Positions 26,699 to 39,870 of a stretch of DNA of 64,000 nt are shown here, piece by piece. The translations under genes were made by a program, and so were the position numbers. The notes under the pieces are model-generated. The model was not told the DNA's origin. It made no database searches and saw only the letters and a list, made by a program, of their open reading frames with translations. The DNA is from Camelus dromedarius (Eukaryota), in the NCBI RefSeq assembly GCF_036321535.1, contig NC_087437.1, forward strand, positions 40,798,001 through 40,862,000, read 5' to 3'. Numbering within the stretch: position 1 is the first letter of the stretch; each line of letters opens with the position of its first letter.

Positions 26699-27192
26699 GT
26701 GTTTTAGTTTCTAGGACTGCTGTAACAATTTACTGTAAATTTGTGGCTTAAAACAACAGGAATTTATTTTCTCATAGTTCTGGAGGCTAGAGGTTCAAAT
26801 TCAAGGTGGCAGCAGAATTGGTTCCTTCTGGAGGGTTTGAAGGAAAATCCACGCCTCTCTCCTAACTTCTGGTGGCTGCAGGCAATCCTTGGAGTTCCTT
26901 GGCTTGTAAATGCATCACTCAAATCTCTGCTCCCGTCTTCACGTGGCCTTTTCCCTGTGTGTCTCTGATCTCTGTGTCTTTGTGTGGTCTCCCCCTCTGT
27001 ATCTCAAAACTGCCTCTTGTTTCTCTTGTAAGGACACCAGTCACTAGATTTAGAGCTCACCCTAAATCCAAGATGATCTCATCTGGAGATCCTTAATTAC
27101 ATCTGCAAAGACCCTATTTCTTAGTAGGGTCACATTCATCCATATCAGTGTTTGGATTTGGACGTATCATTTTGGGGGCGACTATTCACTAC
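26699..27192 (-). mobile_element. MaLR solo LTR (MLT1C-like)
   Basis: gactgctgtaacaa...ggcttaaaacaacaggaatttattttctcatagttctggaggctaga...ccttaattacatctgcaaagaccctatttc. Confidence 0.88.
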
Positions 27193-27752
27193 AGAAGGCA
27201 TTCAGTAGCAATTCTGCAAAATAATTAGAAGTATTTTTTAATGGCTGTCTCTCACAGTGATAAAAGCCAATGATAGAGTTTTGATTGCAATTCAGCCCAC
27301 TTGAGATAGGTAGCTTCATTTAGTTGGGCCACCAAGGGGCTTATCTGTCCTCCTGAAAGTGTTCCTAAATGGAGGGTCTTTTGAGCTATGTGTCTCTGCT
27401 GGAGAGAACTTCACTGTAGGTGAACTCAGGTGATAAACAGGACTCTGTATGAAGCAGAGTTTTGGGTCAGGGCCTGTTGGTGGGAAGCTGCCTGATCTAG
27501 TAAACAAGTTTCTAATTAGGGGCACACGTGAGAATCACCAGGGAGATTTTGCAAAATATACATGCCCCAGTTAGACCCAAAGCAATGAACAGAATCTCTG
27601 ACATCTTTGTCCTTTTCTTTGATATGGACTTTTGTAATGGGAATCTCCATTTGTGATGGAATGGTTGGGACAAACCATTCCAGGCTCCTGCTGATTTCTT
27701 TTCAGTGTAATGACAGGGGAGAGGGGGCACGTGTGCTAGGTGCTTTACATAC

Positions 27753-28255
27753 TTTATTTGTTGTTGCATTAAAACACACATAACATAAAATTCATCATTC
27801 TATATAGTGTATAATTTAGTAGCATTTAGAACATTCACAGTCTTGTGCAACCATCACCACTATCTAGTTCCAGAGCATTTCTGTCACCCCAAAAAGACAT
27901 GCAGTACTCATTAAGGAGTCACTCCCATCCCTCCTTATTCCCAGGCCCTGGCAACCCCTGAGCTGCTTTCTGTCTCTGGGTTTACCTATCCTGGTCACTT
28001 TATATAAACAGAATCATACAATATGTGGCCTTTGGTGTCTAACTTCTTCACTTCACATGTTTTTATTCATGTTGTGGCAAGTGTCAGTATTTCTTCCCTT
28101 TTTATGGCTGATTAATATTCCAGTGTATAGATATACTACATTTTGTTTACCCATTCATCAGTTGATGGACATTTGGATTCTTTGCACCTATTGGATTTTG
28201 TAAATAATGTTGTGATGAAGATTTATTCACAAGTTTTTGCTTGAACACCTTTTAA
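27753..28255 (-). mobile_element. L1MB-like 3' end
   Basis: agcatttagaacattcacagtcttgtgcaaccatcaccactatctagttccagagcattt...ccattcatcagttgatggacatttgg. Confidence 0.88.
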
Positions 28256-28289
28256 AAATCCTTTTTATATACTTTTTAAAGTAGACTTA

Positions 28290-28420
28290 TTAATGTCTTA
28301 TTTTACAGATGAAAAAATTAGGCCTAGGAAATGGTACTTGTTGAAGTCATCTAGCTAGTAAGTCACAGAGCTGGAATATGAATCCTGGCTTCTGTCTCCA
28401 GATTCTGGGCTCTTTCCTCC
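28290..28420 (-). mobile_element. MIR SINE fragment
   Basis: cttattttacagatgaaaaaattaggc...cagagctggaatatgaatcc. Confidence 0.7.
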
Positions 28421-29271
28421 ATGCTGTAAGCCGCTTCTGAGAAGTCGGATCTGACTTGTCCCCTGTGGTAACCTTGGAATTGTACTTTCTTACTTTCTAA
28501 TTTCAATTTTGGATACTCCTCTTCAGACATCCAAGATGTGTTAAGTCCGACATGAGCTTTGATGTCTCTGTCCCAGAAAACCAGGCAGGACTTGCATTTA
28601 TCAAAGGAAGAGATTTGTGTGAACGGTTCCTTGAACATTTTATTATAAAGGATTACCCAAAGTATAGTTTATTCTTTTAAAATGTGTAAATATACACCCT
28701 GAATTGTTGTTATGATAAATAGTTCCTTCCTCATCACGATAAATGTACCTTATCCTCCTTGGATCCACTATTTATTATGCTTATCAGTGTGAATGTAGGA
28801 TTTATAGGTGTTCACTTTCAAAATCAGTCAAATATTAATGACAAAAGAAAACATTGAAGTTACTGTCATCTTGAGACTTGAGGAAAATAGGGTGAATGAT
28901 GAAAAAAGGAAGGAACTGTGAAGCCTTCCAAGAGAGCCAATGAGATAGGAGTTTGAGGTGCCTGGCAGTTACTGGAAGCAAAGAAAGAAAACAGGGTCCC
29001 AGCTGAAGAGTGAAGGTTTCCTTGTAATTTGACAAGGGTCAGCAAGGTTGGCAGCCAAGGCTAGAGTAATCCATGATGCTCTGGGCTTGAACTGTGGGAG
29101 CTGGAGCTTGGGGTTTTGGTGTACTGCCCGGAGAATTCCCAGCTGGATTGGGGGAAGTTGTGTTTGGATTCCTGCCAGAAAAGCCCCAACATTCTCAAGG
29201 ACTAGGTAGCCATTTGGGGCTTGAGAGAAGTGGTCTGAATGAGCCAGACTTAGTTAGGTTTTGCCAAGCAG

Positions 29272-29842
29272 TTTGTCTGGTTTATCTATTGTTGCAGAAA
29301 AAAAACCCATCCTAAAACAGTGACTTAAAACCAAAGCGTTTATTATTTCTCATAGTTTCTGTAGGTCAGGAACCAGGGGACAACTCACCCGGCTGGTTCT
29401 GGCTCAGGGTCTCCCATGCAGTTACGGTCAGTCAGCTCTAGCTGGAGCTGGAATCAGGAGCAGCTGGGGGCTGGCCAGCGTCTTTCTCATCAGGTGTTTT
29501 CATGGCTTTTCTGAGGGGTCTCTCCACATGGACTAGCTCGGGCTTCCCTCCAGCATGGCAGCCTCGGGCTTTTTACATGACTGCTCAGTGTCTCAAGTTG
29601 AGTATTTCAAGAGAGAGAGAGACCTGGTGGAAGCTGTATTGCTTTTTATGACCTAGCCTCGGAAGGTCGCAAAGCAACCCGTTCACCATACTCTGCTAGT
29701 CGAGGCAGTCAGGGGGCCTGCTCATGTTCGAGCAGAGGGCACCTAGACTCCCTCTCTTGGTGGGCAAGTGGCAAGGTTCCAGAAGAGTATGTAGGGCTGA
29801 CAATATTCCTGTAGCCATTTTTGGAAAATGCAATCTGTTACA
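29272..29842 (-). mobile_element. MaLR solo LTR (MLT1F/G/H-like)
   Basis: gtgacttaaaaccaaagcgtttattatttctcatagtttctgtaggtcaggaa...gccatttttggaaaatgcaatctgttaca. Confidence 0.8.
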
Positions 29843-30024
29843 GTAACTAAGTGCCTTTTTTGGCAATTTACATATTTTGTTATTCTCTCTTACTTCTTCA
29901 ACATGCTCTGCACGGTTAGCACATTGTAGGGACACCTCAGTGTGAGGAGAGGGCAGGAGACCCAAATGCAAGCCCTGATCATGAGACTGTAGAGTCAGAA
30001 TGTTTATTCACTCACTTCTGTTTG

Positions 30025-30880
30025 TTTTAATAGGCTTTATTTTTAGAGCAGTTTTAGATTCACAGCAAAATTGGGCAGAAATTTCTCATACACCCCTCAC
30101 CCCTACTCATGCATAGCCTCCCCTCACCCACACCCCCACAGAGTGGTACATTCATTACAGTCTACATTAACACATCATTGTCGCCCAAGGTCCATAGTTT
30201 ACATTAAGGTTCACTCTTGGTGATTCTATTGCTTTGAACAAATGTATAATAATATATATGCACTATTATTGTGTCATACAACATACTGTCACTGCCCTAA
30301 AAATCCTCTGTGCTCCACCTATTCATCCCTCTCTTCCCACAACCCCTGGCAACCACTGATCCTTTTTATTGTCAAAATAGTTTTGCCTTTTCCAGAATGC
30401 ATATAGTATGTCATACAGTATGTAGCCTTTTTTAGATTGGCTTCTTTCACTTAATAATGTGTATTCAGGGTTACTCCATGTCTTTTCGTGTCTTGATAGT
30501 TCATTTCTTTCTAGTGCCAAATCATATTTCATTATCTGGATGTACCACAGCTTATTTACCCGTTCACCAACTGAAGGACATCTTGGTTGTTTCCAAGTTT
30601 TGGCAATTATGAATAAATCTGCTGTAAACATCCACGTGTAGGTTTTTGTGTGGACCTAAATTTTCAACTTCTTCAGGTAAATAAAGACATAACTTGCTGA
30701 ATCATACGGTAAGAGTATTTTTAGTTTTGTAAAACAAAACCCTGCCAAACTGTCTTCCAAAATGGCTGTACCATTTTGCATTCCCCCCATCAGTGAGAGT
30801 TCCCGTTTCTCCACATCCTCATCCAACATTTGGCGTCGTCAGTGTTCTGGACTCTAGCCATTCTAATAGGTGTGTAGTAG
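30025..30880 (-). mobile_element. L1MC1-like 3' end
   Basis: tttatttttagagcagttttagattcacagcaaaattg; minus-strand ORF 30323-30631 reads as the ORF2 C-terminus (AKTWKQPRCPSVGE). Confidence 0.9.
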
Positions 30881-31410
30881 TTCATTCATTCTCTCAACAG
30901 TTATTTACTGAGTGTCTACTATGTGCCAGATAATGCTGTCAGCACTTAGACCACATCAGTGATCAACATAGACATAGATCCCTGCTCGCATGTGGCTGCC
31001 ATTCTAGTAGAACACATATTAAGCATATTCTATATGCCAGGTTCTCTTCTGAACACATTGCGTATGTGATCTCATTTAATTAGCACAGCAACTCTATGAA
31101 GTAGGTACCTCTTTTATCCCATTTTACTCTGGGACAGAAAGGATGAGTAATGTGCCCAAAGTCACACAGCTGGCAGGAGGTGGAGCCACGATGCAGATCC
31201 AGGTGCTCCAGCTCTGGAGTCTCTGCTCTGTGCTGTGCCGCCTCTTGATCAGGAGAGGATCTTGGGGGTCAGTTAGTCCATCCCCTTTGTCCACAAATGT
31301 GGACTCAAAGGCACCAGGTGGTGAGGTGACTTGCCCAAGATCAAGCAGCTGGTTAGTATCAGGACTGGCACTGGAAGCTTTTCCTCTAGAACATGACTGT
31401 TTTCGCTGTA
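30880..31410 (-). mobile_element. L2 3' end followed by two MIR fragments
   Basis: ttcattcattctctcaacagttatttactgagtgtctactatgtgccag; tgtgcccaaagtcacacagctgg; gtgacttgcccaagatca. Confidence 0.75.
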
Positions 31411-31533
31411 CCCTTAGAATTCTGTGAAGAATTCTGTGAAGGATGAGGGCTTAGCTATATCCTCATTGCCCCGCCTGCCACCCTGCCGCCACTTGAAGGC
31501 TAGTTCTTTCACTACCATTTTTTTCTATATTGT

Positions 31534-31774
31534 CTACTCATCAGTAGTCCTTGTTCTGTCCTCCATGAGTGGGTAGGAGATGCTCTGCTCAAGTTCACGA
31601 ATGATGCTTTCCAGCCTAGCACAGCTCTCATCCGAAAGTGCATTTTTCTCCCTCCTGGTCATCCACGAGACAGATGCTTCATGTGGGTCTCTGGGATCAT
31701 CATCACTCTTGTCAGTTTTTGCGGCTTTCTTCAGTGAGCCCAGATTTCCCCAAGGCAGTGCCACCGTGACGCCC
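31534..31774 (-). other. Candidate terminal coding exon of an unidentified gene or pseudogene (GVTVALPWGNLGSLKK...LESIIRELEQSISYPLMEDRTRTTDE*)
   Basis: Minus strand: branch-like ctaat, pyrimidine tract ccctgctttctctctcctcacc..., tag acceptor, then 79 open codons to TAG in non-repeat DNA; no homologue recognised. Confidence 0.4.
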
Positions 31775-32285
31775 CTACCAAGGACCGGTGAGGAGAGAGA
31801 AAGCAGGGATTAGTTGTTCCTTGTCAAGCAGCCGTCTCTGTTCGTGAGAGGGCGAGCGCGACAAGGATGGCGCTCTCACATCTCTCATTTCCCGATCAGA
31901 GCTGTCTTAGTCACCTGCAGCCTCTCAACTGCAAGGAACCTGCCAGGCGTAGGGAGCATAGCGGGGCACAAATGTACAATATGTACCCTTGGCACTGGGA
32001 AAGGCTTTTGTTTTTCTGATTAGTGGATTTATTTAAATGAAAAGTCCTATAAAAGGCATAGAAATTAAATCACATTTAGTTATTTATTTTGCATGAAATT
32101 GGAACTATTCTGGAAAATGTGAGAAGGATGGCTGCCAAACTCAACTTCCAGACTGAAATTCTGCAGCTCGACTCTGCCGCCCCCCACGATGGGGCATTTA
32201 GGTAGAACTTTCCCACAGATACCTTTTGTTTGGGAAGCTTGGTGGCTTTTTAAAAATATAAGCCAGTACATAAAAGAGAGATTTC

Positions 32286-33250
32286 TTTGTAGCATCATCT
32301 GAAGTCAGGGAGTGTGATACCTCCAGCTTGGTTCTTTTTTCCTCAAGATTGCTTTGGCTATTCAGGGTCTTTTGTGGTTCCATGTAAATTTTAGGATTAT
32401 TTGTTCTGGTTCTGTGAAAAATGTGTTGGGTATTTTGACAGGGATTGCATTAAAGCCATAGATTGCTTTGAGTAGTAGGGACATTTTAACAGTATTAATT
32501 TTTGTAATCTGTGAACACGGTATATCTTTCCATTTCTTTGTATCATCTTCAGTTTCCTTAATCAGTGTTTTATAGTTTTCAGAGTATAGGTCTTTCACCT
32601 CCTTAGTTAAATTTATTCATAGGCATTTTATTCTTTCTGATGTGATTTTAAATGGGATTGTTTTTTCCTGATTTCTCCTCTGATAGTTCATTATTAATAT
32701 ATAGAAAAGCAACAGATTTCTGTATATTAATCACAATCTAAATGTCCATCAACAAATGAATGGATAAAGATGTGGTGTATATAAATACACACACACACAC
32801 ACACACACACACTGGAATATTACTCAGCCGTAAAGAAGAATGAAATTTGCCACAACATGGATGGACCTGTAGGGTATTATGCTTAGTGAAATAAGTCAGA
32901 CAGAGAAAGAAAAATACTGTATGTTATCACTTATATGAGGAATCTAAAAAGTAAGCAAACTAATGAATATAAAAAAACAGAAACAGACTCACAAATGTAG
33001 AGAACAAATTAGTGGTTACCAATGGGGAGAGAGAAGGGGGAAGGGGCAAGATAGCGGTAGGGGATTAGTAGAAACAAACAACTATGTATAAAATAAATGA
33101 GCTATAAGGATATATTGTACAGTACAGGGAGTATAGCCCATATTTTATAATAACTTTAAATGGAGTATAATCTATGAATATTTTGAATCACTATGTTGCA
33201 TGCCTGAAACTAATATAACGCTTTAAATCAACTATACTTTTTTTAAAAAG
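32286..33250. mobile_element. 5'-inverted (twin-primed) LINE-1
   Basis: 32286-32731 is antisense ORF2 ([14 protein letters not shown]...DIPCS); 32732-33250 is the sense 3' end with (CA)13; degenerate TSD aaaagagagatttc / aaaagtgaagagtttc. Confidence 0.85.
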
Positions 33251-33389
33251 TGAAGAGTTTCACATAAATTAGGAAGGCTTGGCGACACTGGCGCTCGGTC
33301 TTTTGAGGCCTGGGGAGCAGGGAGGAGAGCGATAGCTCCCCCTGAGATGGGCCCAGGCTCTCCCACACCCACTTGTAGTCCCCCTTGCT

Positions 33390-34050
33390 TATTTTTTATT
33401 TTGTTGCTTGTGCTTTAGGTGTTATATCCAAAAGCTTCATTACTGAGACTCATATCAAGGAACTTTATTTCCATGTTTTCTTCTAGGACTTTCATGGTTT
33501 CCGGCATAAACCCCTTTAAAACATTAAAAACAATCGTTTTCACAAGTAATACATGCACATGGTACAAAATTCAAAAGGCTAAAGTGAAAAGTAAGTCTTT
33601 ATTACCCATCGCTGAAGCCACTTAGCTCCCCAGGGACACTCTGTTACCAGGTTCTTGTGTATCCTTCCAGAGAAATGTTATAAATATATAAAATATATGA
33701 ATATAAGTAAATATATGTATGCTGTTTATACAATATTCACACTGTTCTGTAGCTTCTTTTTCACTTACTGTACCTTGTTCCACAGCAGAAAGAGTGGCCT
33801 TTCTTTTAATGGCTGCATGATTTTCTATTGAAGGATATGCCATAAATGGATTTAACCTGTCTACTATCAGTGTGCATTGAGTTTGCGTCCATGCTCATGC
33901 TATTTGAACACTACTGAGATGGTTACAGTGCGCACGCACAGTTTGCTGGCATGCATGTATCTGTAGGGTAAGTCCTAGGACGTGGGATTGTCGTGTCATG
34001 GGGTACGTACAGTTACATTTCAGTAGACACTGCCAAACCACCCTCCATAG
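33390..34050 (-). mobile_element. L1 fragments (short ORF2 piece plus L1ME-like 3' region)
   Basis: tgcttgtgctttaggtgttatatccaaaa...ttttcttctaggactttcatggtttc; ctttttaatggctgcatga...gacactgccaaaccaccctcca. Confidence 0.7.
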
Positions 34051-35109
34051 AAGTATAGTTCAAACTAAAACAGATTTGTTAAAACTCTATTGAAAACCTA
34101 ACCCATCTATTTAGAGGTGTTCTAAGAGAGATGTTCATGGTCCTTTTTTATTCTCTGACTTTATTCACTGGCCTGCCATATCAATCTTGAAATGGAAATA
34201 GTTACAATTTCCAGAGTTGTTTTGAGGATTTACTTGGAGAATTTGGACCTGCTTTATCCCCTCTCCCCTTCAGAAGGTTTCTGAGAGAATCTTCTTCAGT
34301 TATCTGTAACAGGCAATGCCGGGCTCTGACTGCAGGAGCAGGTGCCCACACGTAGAACAACTTCTGCGGTCAGCCAACACGTTCTTGATCATGTATTGCT
34401 TTGACCTAAATGAGAGATGTTCTCCTAACACCTCTGTTTGAATGTTTTACATTGTTAAACACTAATCAATTAAGAATTTCATTTAGGCGAAAGAAAAAAA
34501 TGAAAGCCGTCCTTTGGAGTAAAAATATTGATTTATCACCAGTGAAGTGGAAAATGACTTGCTTCCTAGCCTCAAGTTAATCAAAGAGCAAATGCCACTG
34601 TAAATTGAAAAACATCTCTTTGGATGGTCTGGTGTTATGACTGCAGTGACTCCTGATCGCTTCCTCATCATCTCCCACGTCACCCCCATTTTTTATCCTT
34701 CAGATTAACTTTTTTTGTGCCCCATGTAGAGGCAGAGACTATTATCAGTGACATTCCTATTGATTTTCTTTTTCAAATTCCCTTCTGGGTTACTTCTCAA
34801 TGTCTTCCCACAAATAGAAAAGTATGGTCAGGTGAGGGCAAGGGACATGGGCACCAGGCTGTCAGCATCAGGGCTGAAGTTTTGTGAGAGGTTTGAGAGC
34901 TCCCCTTGGGACTTTGCCTCCTCTGGCCGGAGGGCAGCCAAGCAGCGATGAAGATTCTGGCGAGTTCAGTCCACAGTCAAGGTTCCTTACATCCTCCCAG
35001 ATAATAAAGGAACTGAGTGCCTTCAGATTCATATGCAAAAGATCTCTGTGCAAATGAAAAGACTAGTAATTATGAAGAATAATTATTCTAATTTTACAGC
35101 TTCAAATCT

Positions 35110-36050
35110 TAGAAACCGTCATTGGTACATAACTAACTAACTTCCAAACGTCATTCTGATTTCACCAGTTTTTTCATCTATCACCTCTTTTTGTTCCAGT
35201 ATCTAAGCTAGGGTACTTGGAACACTTAATTATTGTGTGTCCCCATTTTCTTATGACTTCTGACAGTTTCTCAGTCTTTCCTTATTTTTCATGACCTTAA
35301 TGGTCTTAAGGAATGATTGGTCAGGTGTCCTGTACGGTGTCTCCCAATCCAGGTTTGTCTGATGTTTCTCTCATGATTAGACTGGGGTTATGGGTTTGTA
35401 GAAAGAACATTACAGAGGTGAAGTGTCCTTATCCTCACTTCAGAGGGTACGTGCGGGATCCAAATGGCATCACTGTTGATGCTCACTAAACTTCATCACA
35501 TGTTTAAGATAACATTTGCCAGATTTCTTCACTGTAAAATTAAAAACTATTTTCCCCTTTCCATTTACCCTTTGGAAGCATGTCACTAAGTTCATCCCAC
35601 TCTCAGGAGAGTATAGTATTAAGTTCTTAAGTTGGGAGTATCCATGTTTAATGATATTGTTCATAAAGGAAGAATGGTCTCTTCTTTCCCACTTATTTAT
35701 TCAATCCCTTATTTATATCAGTATGCCTCATGGATGTATATTTATTTTGTACTTTGGTTATAATCTGATAATTATGTTATTAATTTTATTACTCAAATGG
35801 TTTCAACTTTGACCATTGGAAGCTCTTTTAGTTGGCTCCAAGTACCTTTGACTCGACCCCGTTCTTTTGTTTTTTGACTACTCCCTTACTCGCTGGTACT
35901 ACAAGATGCTCCAGACTCATCTTCTGTTTTCTCTGCCTCAGACCTACAATCAGCCATCTCTCCAAGGAGTCCTGGCTCCTTTTAGGAAAGAATGGCATTA
36001 GAAACCAATATCTGGATGTTAGGTCCACTCATTGCTGCTGGAGCTTAATT
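35110..36050 (-). mobile_element. L1MC/L1MD-like 3'UTR fragment
   Basis: gtttctcagtctttccttatttttcatgacctt...gattagactggggttatgggttt...ccatctctccaaggagtcctggctccttt. Confidence 0.8.
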
Positions 36051-37014
36051 GTGAAATAGGAGGTTTTGAACCTCCTGCTTTGATTCTGGTAATATTTCAA
36101 GCCTGTCTCCCCTTGCCATTCTCCTGTGTAACCACAAAAGAAGGAATAAGTCATCCTGCATATACTAGCAAGAGCAGAAGATGTTACTGGCTGTTCCCAG
36201 ATGTATGACTACCCTCTTTTTTCGTACTCCATGGCATGTACAAGATGTTTTTCATATACACCTAGTTGGGCTCAACTTGATTTTGGGATTGGGCATCATT
36301 TTGGCTGAGGAGATGGCAAAGAGACAGGCCAAGCCGATGGTGGGTGCTGGGGAGTGCTAAAGATATTCTCAGTGAAGTTGCTTTTCCCTGTGTCACACTG
36401 AGCACCTGCACATTGGCCCTATGTAGTCTTTCCTTCTTGGGCACAATGCCTCTCTGAAGAGGTCTGAACTCAAATGTTTTCAAGAACCAGGCAGAAAATG
36501 TAACTGAAGTGAATGCGTGGAAAAGAATAGAATATAAGAACAGAAAGGAGCCAAAGAGAGTGGCAAAACGAAGAGTGTGTGCTTAACCTCAAGGCATGCA
36601 AATTCTTTTTTTCCCCCTCTCTATAATATTCTGCTGGCCAAATTAAATATTTCTCTAGCTGAAATTGGCTCTCAGGTGCTCTCTGGGGGAAACTTGGTGT
36701 CACACTTTCAAGTAGAACCATATAGAATCATATAGGCAAGACTGAGGCTTGTCTTTCTGGGCAATACTAACCCTTTGCTGATGTCAGTCACTTTTGACCT
36801 TAATGCAGCTCCTCCTCTTGCATTTCCTTGCAAGATCCAAAGAAGGAGAGTCTTCTCTTGGAAGCCAAGAGCTCTGGATCTCAAAGTTTACTCACTTGTC
36901 AGAGACACTCCAGCTGACCTCACCTTATCAGCCTTGGAAAGTTATAGTGAGAACTGTATGGCTCATCTGTTGGCTCTCTTGAGATAGATTATTGCCTGTT
37001 GTTTACACAAACCT

Positions 37015-37400
37015 TGATGTATCAGTCAGGATAGGCTAAGTTATGCTGCAGTGAGAAACAACCCCCAAGTCCCAGTGACTTAACACAAGCTTAGATCTTG
37101 CTAGGATGACCATACATTTTTAACTGTGCCTGTTGTCCCTTTCACTCTCAAAATTGTTCAATTTGGAATCCTAGTTCTCAATCATGCTACATGTCCAAAG
37201 CAAGTCAGAAGAAGGTTTAGTCCACTGTAGATGCTCAGGGACTTGAACTGGAAGAGGCATCTTGACATATGCTTTCAGCATCATTTCAGCAGTAGGAAGG
37301 GACTGTGACAATCTGCACCTTGACTTGTAAGGCCACCACTCACAAATCACTGGCTGAAGATAATCACATGATCACATCACATTTCAAAGGAGAGGTGAAA
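37015..37400 (-). mobile_element. Old MLT1 (J/K-like) LTR, possibly with a small nested hAT piece
   Basis: tgtatcagtcaggataggctaagttatgctgcagtgagaaacaaccccc...aatcacatgatcacatcacatttcaaagg. Confidence 0.7.
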
Positions 37401-39349
37401 TGCAATGCCTGAATTTGTGAATAGCCCTAATGACTACCTGACTTAGGATCAAAGATATTATTTAATATTCAGAAACAACTGATAAAAGTGAACTTTATAA
37501 ATGCTTCACCTGATTTTGTTATCAATGTTTAATTAAATAGATCTTGTCTAGCTGAATCTGATAAACTATGCTTCCTACTCCCCAAACACTCATAAGTCAT
37601 TGTGAAAAGAAGGTACTCTGGGATACTCCATCTATGTGTGGCCTTGAGTTTTGTTCTGCTTTTCTCTGCCATACATTACTCGTGATCCCACCTTGCATTC
37701 AAATTCCTCCACTGTAGTTCTTAATCCTTCTTAACGCATTTTTGCCTTCCCCTAACCCTTAAGCATAGTAAGCTATCTCACCTGTGCCCTCTCTCTCTGG
37801 CCATGGCTCCACAGGCAGAAATAGTTCTTCAGATTTATCTCAGCCCCCGAAACTCTTGTCCTTCAACTTTCAGGTTTTTCTCAATACAGTGTGATGATTT
37901 ACATAAACCAATCTATAAAATGTGTTTTAATAAACAAAAAGTAGGTCACTAATAAAGCAATTGCTATAAAAGTTTACGCAGGAAAGAAATGCAGTATTCA
38001 GATGCCAGGAAGTATAAGTCCTGCCGCTGCCCTCTGCTTAAGGTAGCTGGACCCCACATTTAAAAGGATCCCTTGAGTGGATCAGGAGGGGAATGTCTAA
38101 GATAAAGAAAAGTGTAGGGAATATGGAATGGGGCTGTGAAGGAGACTGGTAGGGTATGTGAGGGTTACCACAGTGCAAACCCATAGGAGTTACCATGATG
38201 CCTGTCACTACATATCTGAAATGCCCAACTGCATGTGGCAGTGGCACTGGTGCCCTGAGTGTGGTACTGGTATTGGTGCTGCCGGGTGATGCCACCACTA
38301 CCGTGACTGCTACTTCTGCTTTATTATGATTGTTGTTATTTCGTCGGAAGGATTCTCCTGATTTCATTTAGTTGGCTCATTGTCTAATGTATAAAAAGAA
38401 ATAAATTTTTAAAGGGCACTGGAAATTTTCCTTTATTGCTGATTTCGGAAGCTGATGATGAATGGCTTTTGCAGAAAATTAGTATGAGCTGTTTATTAAA
38501 AACACATCATGAAACTTGCACCCTGACTGGCAAAGAACCATAACCTGACCCACAGAATTCGATCTTCAAAACCTTGGGGAAGATTTTACATCATTAATAG
38601 AGAGAAACTCCTTACCTAAATCATTTATGACCTCCAACAGCTATATTAATTTATGGTTATATCCTTTCTCAGTTGCTAGGCACAACCATCTTAGACACAC
38701 ACTCAGGAGCTTGGGAACTGGCCAAAGCAGTTAGGCAATGGATGCTATTGTGAACACAGACATATACTTTTCTCAGTAGAGTTGTTCATTTCCTGCTACA
38801 GTTTAAATGCCAAGTGTGTAAATAAAAGGACAACAGGGTGACATAAAAAGGGCTATCCCATAGTGAAAGACCTTTTTAGAGAATAATAAGCAATCTGACA
38901 TACCTTGGCCTCCTAAACTTGGAAGTCTGTCACTTTGTTGCTTAGAATCCTAGCAACTGTGTTAATTTCGTAAAATTTTAATGCTTTATTGAGGATGAAG
39001 AAAAATCCATAAATAGGAAAAGAAAAACCTTTGCTTTGCACCTTAGTCATTCCCCTTCCCAGTCAGTCCTCTTTAATCAGGCCTAGTACTTGGAAGCAAA
39101 ATGAGACTGACCCATCTACTTTCTCAGTCCCCAAAAGTAATGTTATCAAGAAGTGAAATAGAGAACCAGAAATAGAAAATAGGGAGAAATCATGGAGCTG
39201 AACAGTCTGTACCATTGGATAGTTGAGTTGCCTGCAGCGTAATACTGTTGATCATCTAAGTCAGTCAAATACCCATTCTGTGTATCTTCTGTCTTTCTCT
39301 TACTTTGAAAGCTTCTTATCCTTCAAATCACTTATCATTTTGAAAGAGC

Positions 39350-39870
39350 TGGGCAGAGGAGGGGCATCTGGATACAAGACTCTATGAGAAAAGCAGAGAA
39401 GCCAGATAACCAACGTGAGTATGGGAGGCAAAGCATTTACCCCAGTGAAGAGGACGAAGAGGGTGAAGAGGGTAGCTGTGAGGTTCCCACTGCAGCCTCT
39501 GTGCTCTTACATGGATCTGCTCCCTCATCTCAGGTTGGTCAGAGGTGGGAACACGAATCGAGACGGATCATGGAGACTCTTCCCAGCTCTTTCAGATTTG
39601 GAATCAAGAAAGAATACAGTCTCTCTCTAATAGCTGAATGCTATTGAATGCCCTGCTAGAGAAGCAAAGATGGTCAACAGAGAAAGGCGGAAAGAAAGAT
39701 GCAGATGCTTCAGATAGAAAAATAGTTCTTGGCAGCATTCAAGTCCCTGGTTCCAGTTGACTTTGAGACTCCATTGCCCTTTTCAATACTCTAGTTTTCC
39801 ATAATATAGCACCAATAAAATCCATTCTCACTTCAAGGCTAGTTCAAGTTCATCCTTGAAACCAAAAGTA
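39350..39870 (+). mobile_element. Old MLT1-type LTR fragments
   Basis: gtccctggttccagttg...ccaataaaatccattctcacttcaaggctagttcaagtt. Confidence 0.5.

Noticed and set aside
31416..31441. 12-bp tandem duplication agaattctgtga x2
   Set aside because: Ordinary slippage duplication with no sign of function
31534..31640. Faint likeness of the exon's C-terminus to PKD1L1, a gene lost in cetartiodactyls
   Set aside because: Only a few residues match from memory, and no upstream segment resembles polycystin domains
38038..38367. Thr/Val-rich 109-aa ORF
   Set aside because: Driven by low-complexity triplet-like sequence; no splice or domain support
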